From contig OX597823.1 of NCBI GenBank assembly GCA_951406725.2, positions 55,738,001 through 55,802,000 on the forward strand: 64,000 bases of DNA. The letters run 5' to 3'. Shown here in pieces: positions 27,025 to 42,283 of the stretch. The notes under the pieces were generated by a model. It was not told where the DNA came from. It did not search any database and saw nothing but the letters and a program-made list of their open reading frames with translations. This DNA is from Octopus vulgaris. Its lineage: Eukaryota. Within the stretch, counting starts at the first letter, position 1, and every line of letters begins with the position of its first letter. The position numbers and the translations under genes were made by a program.

Positions 27025-27164
27025 TGCAGGTTTTTATGTTATAATGAAAACAATTGCACATTAACTGAAAAACTACTCGATACATTTGTAAGAATACAAA
27101 TCGATTACTCTTTACCAAGAATAGTACCGGCGATGACTTCGAAATATTGAGCAGCTAAGCCGTC

Positions 27165-27225
27165 GACAATCTGATGAAGTTTAACTGGCCGAAACGCCGA
27201 AGACACAGTCAATATTATACTTGTC
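27165..27225 (+). ncRNA. HHR-like motif (damaged stem II) in a TA-flanked cassette 27022-27233
   Basis: CUGAUGA-AGUUUAACUGGCC-GAAAC...GUC. Stem II would be a perfect GGCCAGUU/AACUGGCC hairpin if a GGCC was lost (inference). Confidence 0.45.
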
Positions 27226-27282
27226 AAAGTGTGATATATATATCTATGTGTGTATGAATATATATATATATAAATATATGTG

Positions 27283-27320
<38 letters not shown>

Positions 27321-27775
27321 TTTATATATATATATATATGTTTTTTGTAAATTCTCACTATATATATACGTATTCGCATATATATATATATATATATGTA
27401 CACGTGTGTGTATGTGTGTGTGTTTCTAGAACCTATAGAAACCTATAGAAATTCTTTCATTGATATTAATTATACTTATTTACTCTACTCCCTGCATTTA
27501 ATATTAAGGTGGTGTTATAAAGGGTATCTCATAATGTTTAATCACTAACCACATAGATTAAGATAATTGTGCGCATATACGTATATGTGTACATGTGTGT
27601 GTGTGTAAATGTGTGTATGTGTGTGAGTAAATGTATATATATATACAGAGGCATGCATACATATATAAGTATGTGCGCATCATTATATATATACATGTAA
27701 ATATATAGGTAGATATGTATATATACAAATACATGTACGATTATATGTACATATATATGCATATAAGTGAGTATA

Positions 27776-27823
<48 letters not shown>

Positions 27824-28052
27824 TATATATATATATATGAATATATATATGTATGTATGTATGTATGTACGTATGAATGTGCAACATATGATAGTGACAG
27901 AATATGTAATGTGCGAGAAGCTTTATTGCTCATAACGATCGTTTCGACCCATCCTGCAATTTCCCTCACTGGTGGGTTGCTATGCAACTGGTTGTGGTGC
28001 ATACCCCAGTGCAGACGCATCTCCTAAGGTAATGTTGTATACAGTATCTCAT

Positions 28053-28085
<33 letters not shown>

Positions 28086-28806
28086 ATATATATATTTGCT
28101 GTTTCGCTCAGTTTTAATACACCATGGTGTTAGTGAAATTATTTATATTCTTCTATATATTCACATAAATACACGCATGCGTGTACGTATGCATGTGTGT
28201 AGGTATGCATGCGTGTACGTATGCATGCGTGTATGTATGTTTGTATGCACGTATCTCTTATTACAAAAGGCAGATTTTATCGGCCTCCCTTTGGGAGTTA
28301 TACAAATCTACAATATAGGATTTCTTCAATTACAATTTACCTAGCATTTTTAAGAGTACAATGCATCGCGTCATGCCAGGTCCAGTTTTTAAAATTTAAA
28401 CTCCAATTAAGCAAAATTTACAGAAAACTCACATTCTGGTGTGTGTGTCAAATGCTTTTCTTAGTCTGGTTTACACCACACGCAAACGCACACACACAGT
28501 GTGCAACGAATAAAATGAAAGTAAATAGCGACAGAGTGATTTGAGGAAGACTAAACTGAAAGTATTCTGTCTATGACGCTGATAGATACATGAGTAAAAT
28601 GTATGGGAAGCTAAGAGCTAAGAGTGAGTGAAAATGTTCTTGGAAGAGAGTAAATAGCGAGAGAGAGAGTGATTTGAGGAAGACTTTACATTAAATAACC
28701 GTAGTGGCTTGTGTTAGTAATAAAGTAAACATACACTCATACATACATACATACATACATACATACATACACACACACACATACACACACACATACATAC
28801 ACACAG

Positions 28807-28837
<31 letters not shown>

Positions 28838-29059
28838 CATACATACATACATATACATACATACATACACACACACACATACACACACACAGTATTGAAG
28901 CTTGAGAACAATCAGATACATTTGCAACACATCTGTTGAAAATATTATTGTTCACACACATACATATACATATATACATACAGACAGACAGACAGATAGA
29001 CACACACACACACACACACACACATGATCCAGCATGGCCACAACCTGAAAGTCGTGATT

Positions 29060-29578
29060 CATATCGAGCCCGTCTGAATATTAGCGCGCATCTACGATGA
29101 GTCTACGATTTTAAAAATAATTTAACATCATTTTTTATTCCATTTTAATGCATAATTTTTCGTGTGTCGATGGCGGCGGAGTTGGCGTCCACGCTCACAC
29201 CTGCACCTGTGGGGAAGGGAGTGTAAGGAAATCAACGTCGTAATGCATTGTCAAGGAGACCAGTGTTCTTTTAGAACAACGACTTCATGGCTTGAAGACA
29301 CCAAAACAGAAATGGCTAAGAAAGCGTCTACATGAGTCTACGATTTAAAAAAAAATTACCATCGTTTTTTTTTCCTTTTTAATGCATTTTTTCGCTATTA
29401 TATAAGGGAAGTAACTCTCTAAAAATGTCTACGATGAGTCAACGATTTTTAAAAAATTTACCATCATATTTTTTCCATTTTTAATGCATTTTTTGCTATT
29501 TTTTGGCTATAACTCTCTAAAAATGCTTATATAGTTATTTCTCTTACAAACCCGTGCAACGCCGGGCGATACTGCTAG
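29060..29578 (+). mobile_element. Non-autonomous Helitron-like element
   Basis: 3' hairpin CCCGTGCAACGCCGGG followed by CTAG|T. Its 3' ~120 bp match 46477-46595 in reverse. Internal TCTACGATGAGTC.ACGATTT repeat x3. Confidence 0.7.
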
Positions 29579-30699
29579 TGTATGTATGTATGTATGTATG
29601 TATGTATGTATGTATGTATGTATGTATGTATGTATGTATGTATGTATGTATGTATGTATGAATGTATGTCATTGTTCAGTTTATTTCAAAATTTCTTGCC
29701 AATAGAGAAAGAGCCGTTCTCTAACCTAGATCCAAAGTTCCTTCATTGGAATTTCAACATCAACAACAGGGTGTTTTTGTTTGTATGTATGTATATGTGC
29801 AGATTTATGTTTTGTTTTATGTATGTATTCCCATGCATATAGTCGCATATCTAGACGTACTCATATATATTTAAATGACAAACTTCTGGAAAGTTTTACA
29901 GATTTTTACAGTTGCAGTGATGTATTGGATCTGTAGTCTTCGAATTTCCTTTCTCTTTTCTGGTTTTGAGAAGCCTAATTTCTCAAGATTGGTATTTAGG
30001 CAGTGTGTTGCATGTATGTATGTGCGTTTGTATGTATGTATGTATGCATGTATGTATGTATGTATGTATGTATGTATGTATGTATGTTTGCATGTATGTA
30101 TGTATGTATGTATGTATGTATGTATGCATGTATGTATATTAATTCCTTCAGAACGAAACAAACCTTACGAAGCAGATTGTCACAAAACATCCGTTGCACT
30201 TTACAGTGATATAATCGCTACCGCCACCACCGCCATCAGCATTACAGCAGTCCACCACCACCAATAACAACAACAACAACAACAACAATACAATTAACAC
30301 TACCATCAGCTCTATCCCTACTGTCAATTCGAATTGAATGTCGCCACCATCGTCATCCATCCATCCATCCATCCATCCATCCATCCATCAGGCAAACTAC
30401 ACACAGCTATAATCAACAATGGGCTATGACAGCAGTTGTTCTAAAGCTTCCATTGTCACCGTGAAATATGTTCGCATTCCAATATCTCGGTTAGAACCAG
30501 TATCAAAGCTGATACCACTGCCACCGCAGTAGGAAATAGAAGCACTAACTTACCGACCAAACCAATCAACCAACCAACCAAACAACGTAGCTACGATCAT
30601 AGTTCCAGTTGTAGCAAAACAACATCGAAACCAATGCCACATGTACTAACAATAACCACTTATATATATACCACAGCCAATACTAGAATCACAATCATA

Positions 30700-31729
30700 C
30701 CTGAAATCTACGACCGCCACTATACTATCGCCACCACCAGCTACCACTATCATCACCAACACAGCCACGACTACCACCGCTACCGCCACCACTACCCTGT
30801 CACTGCTACCGTCACCATCACCGAATCAGCCACTGCCACCGCCACCACGACCGCCACCAGCATCATGATGATCATCACCACCACCACCATCACCGCCGCC
30901 ACTACCACTACTTCAACCACAACCACCACCACCACCGCTACTGTCAACGCTACCACCAACACTACCACTATTCTCATCACCACTGTTACACCCGCAAGCT
31001 ACCACCACCGCTACCATCACCACCACCACCACCATCACAACCACCACCACCATCAGCAACAACACAATCACTGCCGCCACCACTACCACAACCAAAACCC
31101 ACTACTATCACTGCTACCACCATTACAGTGACAACTGCTGCTACCACTTCCACCACCAACATTACTACAACCACCCCTGCCATCACTACTGCTGCTACTA
31201 CTACTACGACTACTACTAACCTACCACCACCATCATCACAACCACCACTACTACCACCACCACCACTACCAACACTACTGCTGCTACCACTGCCACCACC
31301 ACCACCAAGACTACTACTACCACTACCACTACTACTACTACAATCCCCACCTCCACTACCACCACTACAACTACTACTACTACTACCACTACCACTACTA
31401 CTACCTACCACCACCACCACCACCTACTACTACTACTACTACTACTACTACAGCAACCTCAACAACATGTAAAAGAGGTGGCTTTAAGTTGTCCCTCACC
31501 ATGCTAGAAATAGCAGCTGGATATTCTCAAACCACACTAGTATAAAGAAAATACTGAAACTAAAACTATACCGGCGAGGTATAGTGGGAGATGGTCATTA
31601 CTGGAAGGTAAAGGGACTAAAACAACATCAACACTAAAAATGACCAATAACAATAACACCTCATTGTAACTATAGTAACCATAAACATCACCGCCTCCAC
31701 CACAACTATTACTACTGCTACTACTACTT

Positions 31730-31778
<49 letters not shown>

Positions 31779-32200
31779 GACTACTACTACTACGACTACT
31801 ACTACTACTTCTACAACGACTACTACTATCACTACCACTACAATACCACTATATACTATATCCTTAGCAATGACGATCTCTACCACTATTTCGCCTAGTA
31901 CAACCACCACTATCACTATCACCACTACTATTACTATTTCTACTACTATCACCAACACTACAACACCATTCACTGCATTTAAAGCAACGACGACGACCAC
32001 CACTACCACCATTACAACTACTACCGCTATTACTACAGCGACCACCATCACTGCCATTACTACTACAACTACTACTACTACTACTACCACCACCAACAAC
32101 AACACCAACACCACAGCCACCACTACCCCACCACCAACAACAACACTACTACTACTATTACTATTACGACCACTGCTACCATTACACCATTCATTCCTCC
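30700..32200. repeat. Long (CAC/CTA/CAT)n low-complexity tract
   Basis: Direct reading; explains the poly-T/H/V/G ORFs. Confidence 0.9.
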
Positions 32201-33314
32201 AACTACATCTGTAGTAAGCGCAATCACCACCACAACTACTACCGGTACATTACCATTCACTCTACAGTTAGTACTACATTGTAACCACCACTAACTACCA
32301 CAACCGGTACAACACTGTCATATACACTCTACAGCAAGTACTATATGATAACCACTACAAGCACCTCTAAACACCTGTACTTACTACATAGTAACCATAA
32401 TTTCGAGCTACCATTAACTACTACAGCCGGTACAACATTCTCATTCACTCCGCGACTGATACTACGTATATCCCTGCTACAAGCATCACCACGACCACGA
32501 ACACCACCTTGAACTATAACCTATACATTAATTACAACATTGGAAGTTAAAGCTTTATGCTTTATACTGTCACCGAAGCAGCTGTTTTCAAACAGCCATC
32601 TCAAACTACACACACACACACACGCACACGCACATACACATACACACACATGCAAATACACAGACACAAGTACACACAAGTACACACATACACACGCGCG
32701 CGCGCTCACACACCTACGCACGCACGCGCGCCTACCAGCAGCGCGCGCGCATTCACACGTTTTTCCCAGTTTATCTTCTCGTATTGTGGCTTGTACTTTT
32801 TCTTTGTAGCATTCTTCCAGTCAGTTTATTTTTTTCTATCCATCCATATATTTGCGTATGCGCGTATGTACACATGTCTGTGTGTGTTTGTGTGTGTGTG
32901 TTTATGTGAGAGAGAGAGAGAGAATGTTTGTGTAAGTGTTAACCAGTGTACGTGCGTGCGTGCGCGCGCGAGAGAGTTTTTCTAAATGCTAAAGGTGTTT
33001 CTCGTTTTCTTTGCCTCTCCCACTCAGTCTACCTTCGCCCCCCCCCCACCTCTCTCTTTCTTCTCTATTTGTTTCCCCCTCTCTCTATATATAAATATAC
33101 ATACACATACACACACACGCATACACATACGTTTCACGCTACGTACCTACCCACATATTCCTCCATCCATTTAGCTATCTCTTAATGTATAGTTTTGTCA
33201 ATGAATTCATCGACTCTAGAGTTTACGCACATACATACATAGATAAAATACATTCATACATCCATACATCCATCCGTCCATTCATCTATCCATCCATCCA
33301 TACATATAGATGCA

Positions 33315-33379
<65 letters not shown>

Positions 33380-33382
33380 CTA

Positions 33383-33413
<31 letters not shown>

Positions 33414-33433
33414 ATCTATCTATCTATCTATCT

Positions 33434-33484
<51 letters not shown>

Positions 33485-33519
33485 TATAGATAGATAGATA
33501 GATAGATAGATACATATGC

Positions 33520-33740
33520 ATGTTGAATCGCTAGCTTCTGCACGCATTTTTTTCTCTCCGTGTTTCTTTTCTGTGTATCTTTCTGTTGAAGAGCGTAGGC
33601 TCGAAACGTAAAAGACTTGTTTTATTTATATTCCTGAGCGCCATACTAATACAATTGTTTGTTTGTACTCCACCTGCCTTCGTCTTTGTTTACTTCATAA
33701 AGCTTCTTTAGTCTTTTGTTTACTTTCATAAAGCTTCCTG

Positions 33741-33742
<2 letters not shown>
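33520..33742 (+). mobile_element. PLE pLTR-like cassette with HHR motif
   Basis: 33578-33615: UCUUU-CUGUUGA-A-GAGC-GUAG-GCUC-GAAA-CG-UA-AAAGA, followed by conserved TTCCTGAGCG. Ends at a (TA)n run. Confidence 0.75.
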
Positions 33743-33792
<50 letters not shown>

Positions 33793-33795
<3 letters not shown>

Positions 33796-33952
33796 GTAGA
33801 AGCAACAGAGTGACCCAAGGGCCGTTCGATAAGTGCCAACGCCCGAAACTCTCTGCCTATGAGTCACTCTGTTACGTCTCCTAATTATTAATAAAAGTAT
33901 ACATATACTCATATTTTGAGTTCCACTTTTTCCTATTTGCATCACAAAACCC
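33793..33952 (+). mobile_element. Severely truncated PLE pLTR with half-HHR and short inverted copy
   Basis: GGGC.GTT...AACGCCC-GAAA-CTC...GAG-TC (33819-33865). 33793-33814 is an imperfect reverse complement of 33863-33884. Confidence 0.55.
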
Positions 33953-33991
33953 ATATACATACATACATACATACATACATACATACATACA

Positions 33992-34025
<34 letters not shown>

Positions 34026-34949
34026 CATACATATAATCTTTTACGCGTTTCAGTGGATTGGGCGACCATGCTGGAGCACCGCTTTTAATCGAAAAAATCG
34101 ACCCCCTGGACTTATTCTTTGTAAGCCTAGTACTTATTTTATCGGTTATTCTTTTGCCGAACCGCTAAGTCACGGGGACGTAAACACACCAACATCGGTT
34201 GTCATGCGATGGTGGGAGTACAAACACAGGCACAAAGACACACACACGCATAAATATATATACCCGACGGGCTTCTTTCAGTTTCCGTCTACCAAATTCA
34301 CTCACAAGGCTTTGGTCAGGCCGAGGCTAGAGAAAAAGGCACTTGCCCAGAGACTGAACTCGGAACCATGTGGTTGGGAAGCAATCTTCTTACAACACAG
34401 CCACGATATGAATTTATATGTATGCGAGTATAAGGTGCTTTAAATAAAGCTATTTTCGAAAGGTGTGAACGTTGGTGGTTAGTTCTACCTTGATTTTCCT
34501 CCTACTCAGACCCCCTACTCCTCTTCCCACCCTCTTCTTTCGTTCACAAAAACATACAAATATTCCACGTTGGTACACATCGAATGCAAACGCGAACTTT
34601 CACCCACGTAGAGGTGCAATTCCTCTTATTAATGATGATGATGCTGATGATGATGTGATGGCAATGAGGATGACGACGATGATGATGATGATGGTGCTTG
34701 TGCTGGTGGTGATGATTTAGGGTGGTGACGATGGTGTGAACATATATAAATAAATTAATGAAAAGGAAACAGCAACATCATCATCACAATCATCATCGCT
34801 TACATCATTATCATCATTCCTACCACCACCACCACCACCATCATCATCATCATTACCTTCACTATCATCATATTCACTACCACCACCACCACCATTACTA
34901 CAAAATATACATAAGAGGATAGCTGCATTGGAATAGGGAATATGATTAG

Positions 34950-34989
<40 letters not shown>

Positions 34990-34990
34990 T

Positions 34991-35033
<43 letters not shown>

Positions 35034-36494
35034 CTGAAAGGTAAAAGTCGATTAGGGTTGGATTTGAACATGCAATGACGAGAGACGGAACCAAATATAT
35101 AAGTTCACAGCTCTACCTTTGCCCACAGCTAATTCCTAACCAACGAAGGAACTTGCACACGGTGGCTCGGTGCGCTAGATATAGCAGCCAAATTTCTTTC
35201 AACTCACACCCTAGTCTCTTAAAGAAAAAGGAATGTTGCATTCAGCGTAGAGTCCTGAATAAAAAGACAATGAATAGTCAGAACTGGAAACCAATTGATT
35301 ATAGGTCAACCCATTCAGAAATTACCAGAAGTTGAATTATAATAACGGCTTCAAATTTTGGCACAAGCCCAGCAATTATGGTGGAGGGGCTAAGTCGATG
35401 ACATGAACCCAAGTGCTCAACTAGTACTTATTTTATCAACCCCGAAAGATGAAATGCAAAGCCTTTCCCGGCAGATTTTGAGCTCAGAACAAGAGACGGA
35501 TGAAACGCCGCTAAGGATTTTACTCGGCGTTGCCAACGATTTTGTCATCTCGCCGCCTTAGTGCTAAATTATAATAATGGTTTCATATTAGGTGGCAGGG
35601 GGGGAGGTAATTTGACATTGACAACTGGTGTTGCACTGGTATTCATTTCATCGAGCCTGAAAGGATAAAAGGCAAAGTCGACATCGGTGGAATTTGAACT
35701 CAGAACGTAAAGATGCACAGAATGCCACTAAGTACTTTGGACGGAGTCTCTAACGATTCTGCCAGCTCGCCACTTTCATTCAACAGCTCAATAATGATAA
35801 ATGTCTAGGCGACCTAGCAGAATCGTTCGCACCCTGGGCATCGATGTAATGGAATTAGCAACATACCCGAGATTGTTGGCGTTGTGCCAAAATTTGAAAT
35901 CAATAATAATAAATGCTTCTCACGTCGGCAAAGCTAGCAGGTTCGGAGGAGGGGATAAATCGTTAACGTCAACACCAGGGTTCAACAGCTACTTATTTTA
36001 TCGTCCCAGTCGAAAGGCTGACTTGGGTGAAATTTGAACTCAGAACATGAAGACGCTAAACATTTTGCCCGGCGCGATAACGATACTACCAGCTTGCCGC
36101 CTTAACCCAAAGAAATATTGGTTTCAGATTTTTGAACAAGGCCAGCATTTCGGGGGCGGGAGTAAATCGATTATATCGAGGCCAGTTGACCTCGGTGGAA
36201 TTTGAACTCAGAGCGTAAAAATAGACAAAATGCCGCTAAGCATTTTGACCGGCGTGCTAACGATTCTGCCAACTCGCTGCTTCAGTCCGAAGGAATATTC
36301 TTTTTCTCTTTTACTCTTTTACTTGTTTCAGTCATGTGACTGTGGCCATGCTGGAGCACCGCCTTTAGTCGAGCAAATCGACCCTAGGACTTATTCTATC
36401 GGTCTCTTGTGCCGAACCGCTAAGTTACAGGGGCGTAAACACACCAACATCGGTTGTCAAGCGATGTTGGGGGGACAAACAGACGCACAAACAT

Positions 36495-36552
<58 letters not shown>

Positions 36553-37368
36553 GACGGGCTTCTTTCAGTTTCCGTCTACCAAATCACAAGGCCTTGGTCA
36601 GCCCGAGGCTATGGTAGAAGACACTTGCCCAAGGTGCCACGCAGTGGGAGTGAACCCGGAACCATGTGGTTCGTAAACAAACTACTTACCACACAGCCAC
36701 TCCTACGCCTATGATTGATTTAAAATTTTGGAACAAGACTTATCAAGTTCGGGGGAGGGGCAAATCGATTACATCGACCCCAGGCTAAAAGGCTAAAATG
36801 GCAAAGTCAACTTTGAACTCAGAAAGTAAAGACGCTAAGTATTTTTCCCGGCGTGCTGACGATTCTATCTTCTCCGAAAAAATATTGGAAAGCGTTTTCT
36901 CCGACACTCAAAACCATTTATGGTCAAACTACGGCCCGCCAGATAAACCTTGTCTCATGCTGCCCGCTCTTCGGCAAAAGAAAAAAGAGTTGCCCAATCC
37001 TGCTCTAAAAATGTAACCACTCCAACGCTTTAATAATTGTTTCTGATATCGATACGTATCTATGTATATATATATGTATATATATGCATGTATGTATGTA
37101 TGTATATGTGTTTGCGTCTTTGCGTCTGTGTTTGTCCCCCTCTACCGTTTGGCAACCTTTACGGGGTTTTTATTCGAAGAAATCGACACCATTGACACCA
37201 GAACTTATTCTTTGTAAGCCTAGTACTTATTCTATCGGTCACTTAGGTCGAACCGCTACATTTCAGGGATATAAACATACCAACATCAGTTGTCAAGCGA
37301 TGGTGGGGAGACAAACACAAACACAAAGTCACACACACGCATAAATATATATATATATATACATATTA

Positions 37369-37471
<103 letters not shown>

Positions 37472-37747
37472 ATATGTATATATATATATATGTGTGTATA
37501 TATATGTGTGTGTGTATGACGGGATTCTTTCAGTTTCTGTCTACCAAATCTTCTCACAAGTCTTTAGTCGGCCCGATGTTATAGTAGAAGACACTTGCCC
37601 AAGGTACGACGCCCGTGGGACTGAACCCGGAACTATGCCTCAGAGTGAATAAAATATTTATAAATACTTAATCCATAATCGCCCATATTCCCGAAGGGCC
37701 ATAAAAGAAACAAAATATATTTTGTCAGACTAACGATTACGGATTAA

Positions 37748-37791
<44 letters not shown>

Positions 37792-37872
37792 TTTATATAT
37801 ATATATGTAATGTCTGTGTGTGTATATATATATATACACATACATACATAAAAATGCGCATGTATATATAAT

Positions 37873-37918
<46 letters not shown>

Positions 37919-38764
37919 CACGCATTCACAATCTCAAACATACATACATGTATGTACATATATATGTGCGTGTGTGTGTGTGTGTTTGATGTCTGTGTGT
38001 GTGTGCGTGCATGTATGTATATCTTATAGATAAAAGTCTTCTACTATAATCGGGAGCCGACCAAGACTTTCTGAATGAATTTGGTAGGCGGAAACTGAAA
38101 GAAGCCTGTCGTATATATGTGTCTGTATATATATGTGTGCTTGTGTGTGTGTGTGTATGTTCGTGTGTGTTTGTATGTGCGTGTGTGTGTGTATGTAGGT
38201 ATGTTTTTATGTATCTATGTATATACGCACGTATGTATGTATGTATGCATGTATGTATATGGGTTTGTGTCTTTGTGTCTGTGTTTGTCAACTGATGTTC
38301 GTTTGTTTACGTTCCCGTAACCTAGCGGTTCGACAAAAGGGTACTTTGAAATATATACTAGGCTTTAAAAAAGTCCTGGGGTCGATTTGTTTGACTTAAA
38401 ACACCCTGAAGGTGGTGCTGCAGCATGGCCGCAATCAACTGGCTGACACACATATATACACTCACATTCATAAATATATATTACATATGTACTATATATA
38501 ACATATTATGTACATTTTAAACACATGCGTGTGCGCTCTCCTTTGCCACACGCACACACACATACACACACGATGTTGCAAACATACAACATGATGGGGG
38601 CGGGGCAATGATATATAAGTGTATATGTGTGTATGCATGTGTGTGTGAGTGTGTGCGTGTGAGTGAAATATGTAGACAAAAAACATGGAAACAAACAATA
38701 AAAATATACACATCATTGCCAATATTATTGACATCATCATCATGATACATATATACATACATAT

Positions 38765-39315
38765 ATGTATATATGTATCATGTATATATGTATATATATG
38801 TATCATGTATATATGTATCATGTATGTATGTATATATGTATCATGTGTGTATGTATATATGTATCATGTATATATGTATCATGTATGTATATATGTATCA
38901 TGTGTGTATGTATAATATATCATGTATATACGTATCATGTATATATGTATCATGTGTGTATGTATATATGTATCATGTATGTATGTATATATGTATCATG
39001 TATACATGTATATATGTATATATGTAACATGTGTGTATGTATATATATGAATCATGTATATATGTATATATGTATCATGTGTGTATGTATACATGTATCA
39101 TGTATATATGTATCGTGTATATATGTATATATGTATCATGTGTATATGTATCATGTATAATATGTATCATGTATATATATGTATATATGTATCATGTGTG
39201 TATGTATACATGTATCATGTATATATATATCATGTATATATGTATATATGTATCATGTATATGTGTATCATGTATGTATGTATATATGTATCATGTGTGT
39301 ATGTATATATGTATC
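38765..39315. repeat. Cryptic minisatellite built on GTATCATGT(A/G)TATAT units
   Basis: TATCATG recurs at irregular intervals of about 14-26 bp within a TA/TG background. Confidence 0.85.
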
Positions 39316-40362
39316 ATAACTACAGCAACGGAATTATCAGAACCGGAACTCTTAATCTCGTCCTCATCTTTTTCGCCGTCGTTGTCGTCGGCAACGTCAT
39401 CAACGACATCATTTTCATTATCATTACATTTCTGATCAAAACGATAAATTTAAACAAACAACCAAAAAACAACAACAGTGAGAACAGCATGGCGACAAAC
39501 TATGACAGCAACAACTCCAACACCAACAACAACAACAAGAATGATATCAACAATAATTGAGACAGAGGCGATGGTAGCGGTGCTGAGAATGAAGTTGGTG
39601 AAGACGGCATGCGTGTCTCTATTGACAGGTAGCGGCAAGATGCCGACGTCAACGTACTCGTTGGTGGTGGAGGTTGTCGGAGACGGTAGCAGTAAAAAGT
39701 AGCAGCGACGGTGGTGGTATTTGTGCTGATGATGCTGTTGGTGATGGTGATGGTGGTGGTGGTGATGGAGGTGGTGGTGATGGTGGTTGTGGTGGTGGTC
39801 GCAAACTCGACGAAAGAATCCTTTTTTTTTTTTTTCCATTAGTGGAGTGACATGTGTTCACGGAGAATGTGATGCTACTGTGCTGTGGCATGTCTTACAA
39901 TATGGTAGCATATTTTTTTCTTTTGCATGTATGTTTGTGAGCATGTGTATGTATGCGTGTGGTAGGGTGAGCTTGGAGAAACGTTAAGCACGCCGGACAA
40001 AATGCTTAGCGGTATATCGTCCGCCATTACGTTCTGAGCTCAAATTCCGCCGACGTCGACTTTGCCCTTCATCCCTTTCGGGGTCGATAAATTAAGTACC
40101 AGTTACGCACTGGGGTCGATGTAATCGACTTAATACCTATGTCTGTCCTTGTTTGTCCCCTCTGTGTTTAGCCCCTTGTGGGTAGTAAAGAAATAGGTAT
40201 GTCGTCCGTCATTACGTTCTGAGCTCAAATTCCGCCGACGTCGACTTTGCATTTCATCCCTTTCGGGGTCGATAAAGTAAGTACCAGTCAAGTACTGGAG
40301 TCGATATAATCAACTTTCCTCTACGCTCAAATCCCGCTTTCCCTGTCAAAATTTGAAACCAA

Positions 40363-40393
<31 letters not shown>

Positions 40394-41075
40394 TGTATGT
40401 ATGTATGTATGTATGTACGTATGTATGTATGTATGTATGTATGTATGTATGTATGTATGTATGTATGTATGTATGTACGTGAATATATGTATGTATGTAT
40501 GTACACAGTTATCTACTTATGTACGTACGTATGTATGTACGTATGTAAATATATATGGATGTATGTATGTATGTACGTATGTATATATATATATGCATGT
40601 ATGTATGTATTGTAAGCATGTATGTATGTATTTACGCTTGTGATTATGTATGTATGCATGATCTGTGTGTGTGTGTGTATTAACGTAGTTACATATGCAA
40701 GTATGTGTTAGCAAAATTATGAAAGCATTAATGATAAAATGCTTTGCGCTAATCGTTTCCAGCTCTTTACGTTCCGAGTTCGAATCCCGTCGAGGTGAAC
40801 CTCCCATTTCTTTCTCTTCGGTTTCGATAAAATAAATATCAAACCAGGATACTGGATTGACGTAATTGTTAGGGCGTGATACGAAATATCTTGCAGGTAT
40901 TTGTTCAGCTTTTTACATTCTGAGGTCGCTTTGCTGTAAAAGTTAAGGCCGGTTTTCTGGATGAAGGATAAATTTTTCTCTTTTTTCTACCAGTCTCCGA
41001 GACCCTAAAAACAGAATCTCAAGAGCACTTCTTCTCCACGGTATCTGACGAAACAGTATATAAATGAATGATTAA

Positions 41076-41162
<87 letters not shown>

Positions 41163-41391
41163 TACATATGCGTAGTATGTGGATATATGTATCTATGTGA
41201 ACATGTGTATGTATGCATACATACACATGCCTATATATATAAACAGACGGGTAGATCGATCGATGAACAAATGAAGAAAGGTAGATAGATATTGATATTG
41301 GTATAAAAATAGACCTGTGTGCGTAATTTATATACAGTATATGTAAACATGTAGATATTTATATTTGTGTATATCTATGTATGTATATGTG

Positions 41392-41429
<38 letters not shown>

Positions 41430-41491
41430 CATCTATATTCATGTATAAATCTATATATATATATATGAATGTATATCTATTTATCTATCTA

Positions 41492-41565
<74 letters not shown>

Positions 41566-41809
41566 TATAAATATATATGCATGTGTGCATATGTGTATGA
41601 GTGTCCGTGTGTCTGTATCTGTGTATGTGTGTGTATATTGGATTGCTTTGATCGAATGGTGGAACGCCTATCAGGTGTACAGAAAATATGGGCTCCAGTC
41701 CCCAGAACAGCCTTAGACTTTCTTTTACAAGGCGGTGCCCCAGCGTGGATGCAGTCCAATGACTGAAACAAATAAAAGATATCTATGCATCTGTCTGTCT
41801 GTCTGTCTG

Positions 41810-41888
<79 letters not shown>

Positions 41889-41916
41889 GTGTTATGTATG
41901 TGTATATGTACACACA

Positions 41917-42031
<115 letters not shown>

Positions 42032-42219
42032 ATATATATAAACATTACTTTATATAATTAGGGTTCAGCAAAAAATTTACTTTACCACACACCGAACTTT
42101 TAGAAATAGCAGCCAAAGAATTTTATTTCCTCTACTATAAGAGTCTCCCAGACAAATAGAGAAAATAGCTAAATTCTTTGGCTGTAAAATTATTAATTAC
42201 TAATTAATTAATTTTACCC

Positions 42220-42283
<64 letters not shown>

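Noticed and set aside
27890-28035. Possible exon in a unique island
   Set aside because: All plus-strand frames stop before the AAG|GTAATG donor; the minus frame has no convincing donor or homology.
39320-39900. His/Pro-rich or acidic exon (ORF 39450..39839 and neighbours)
   Set aside because: Composition fits decayed trinucleotide repeats; no consistent frame, splice pair or domain.
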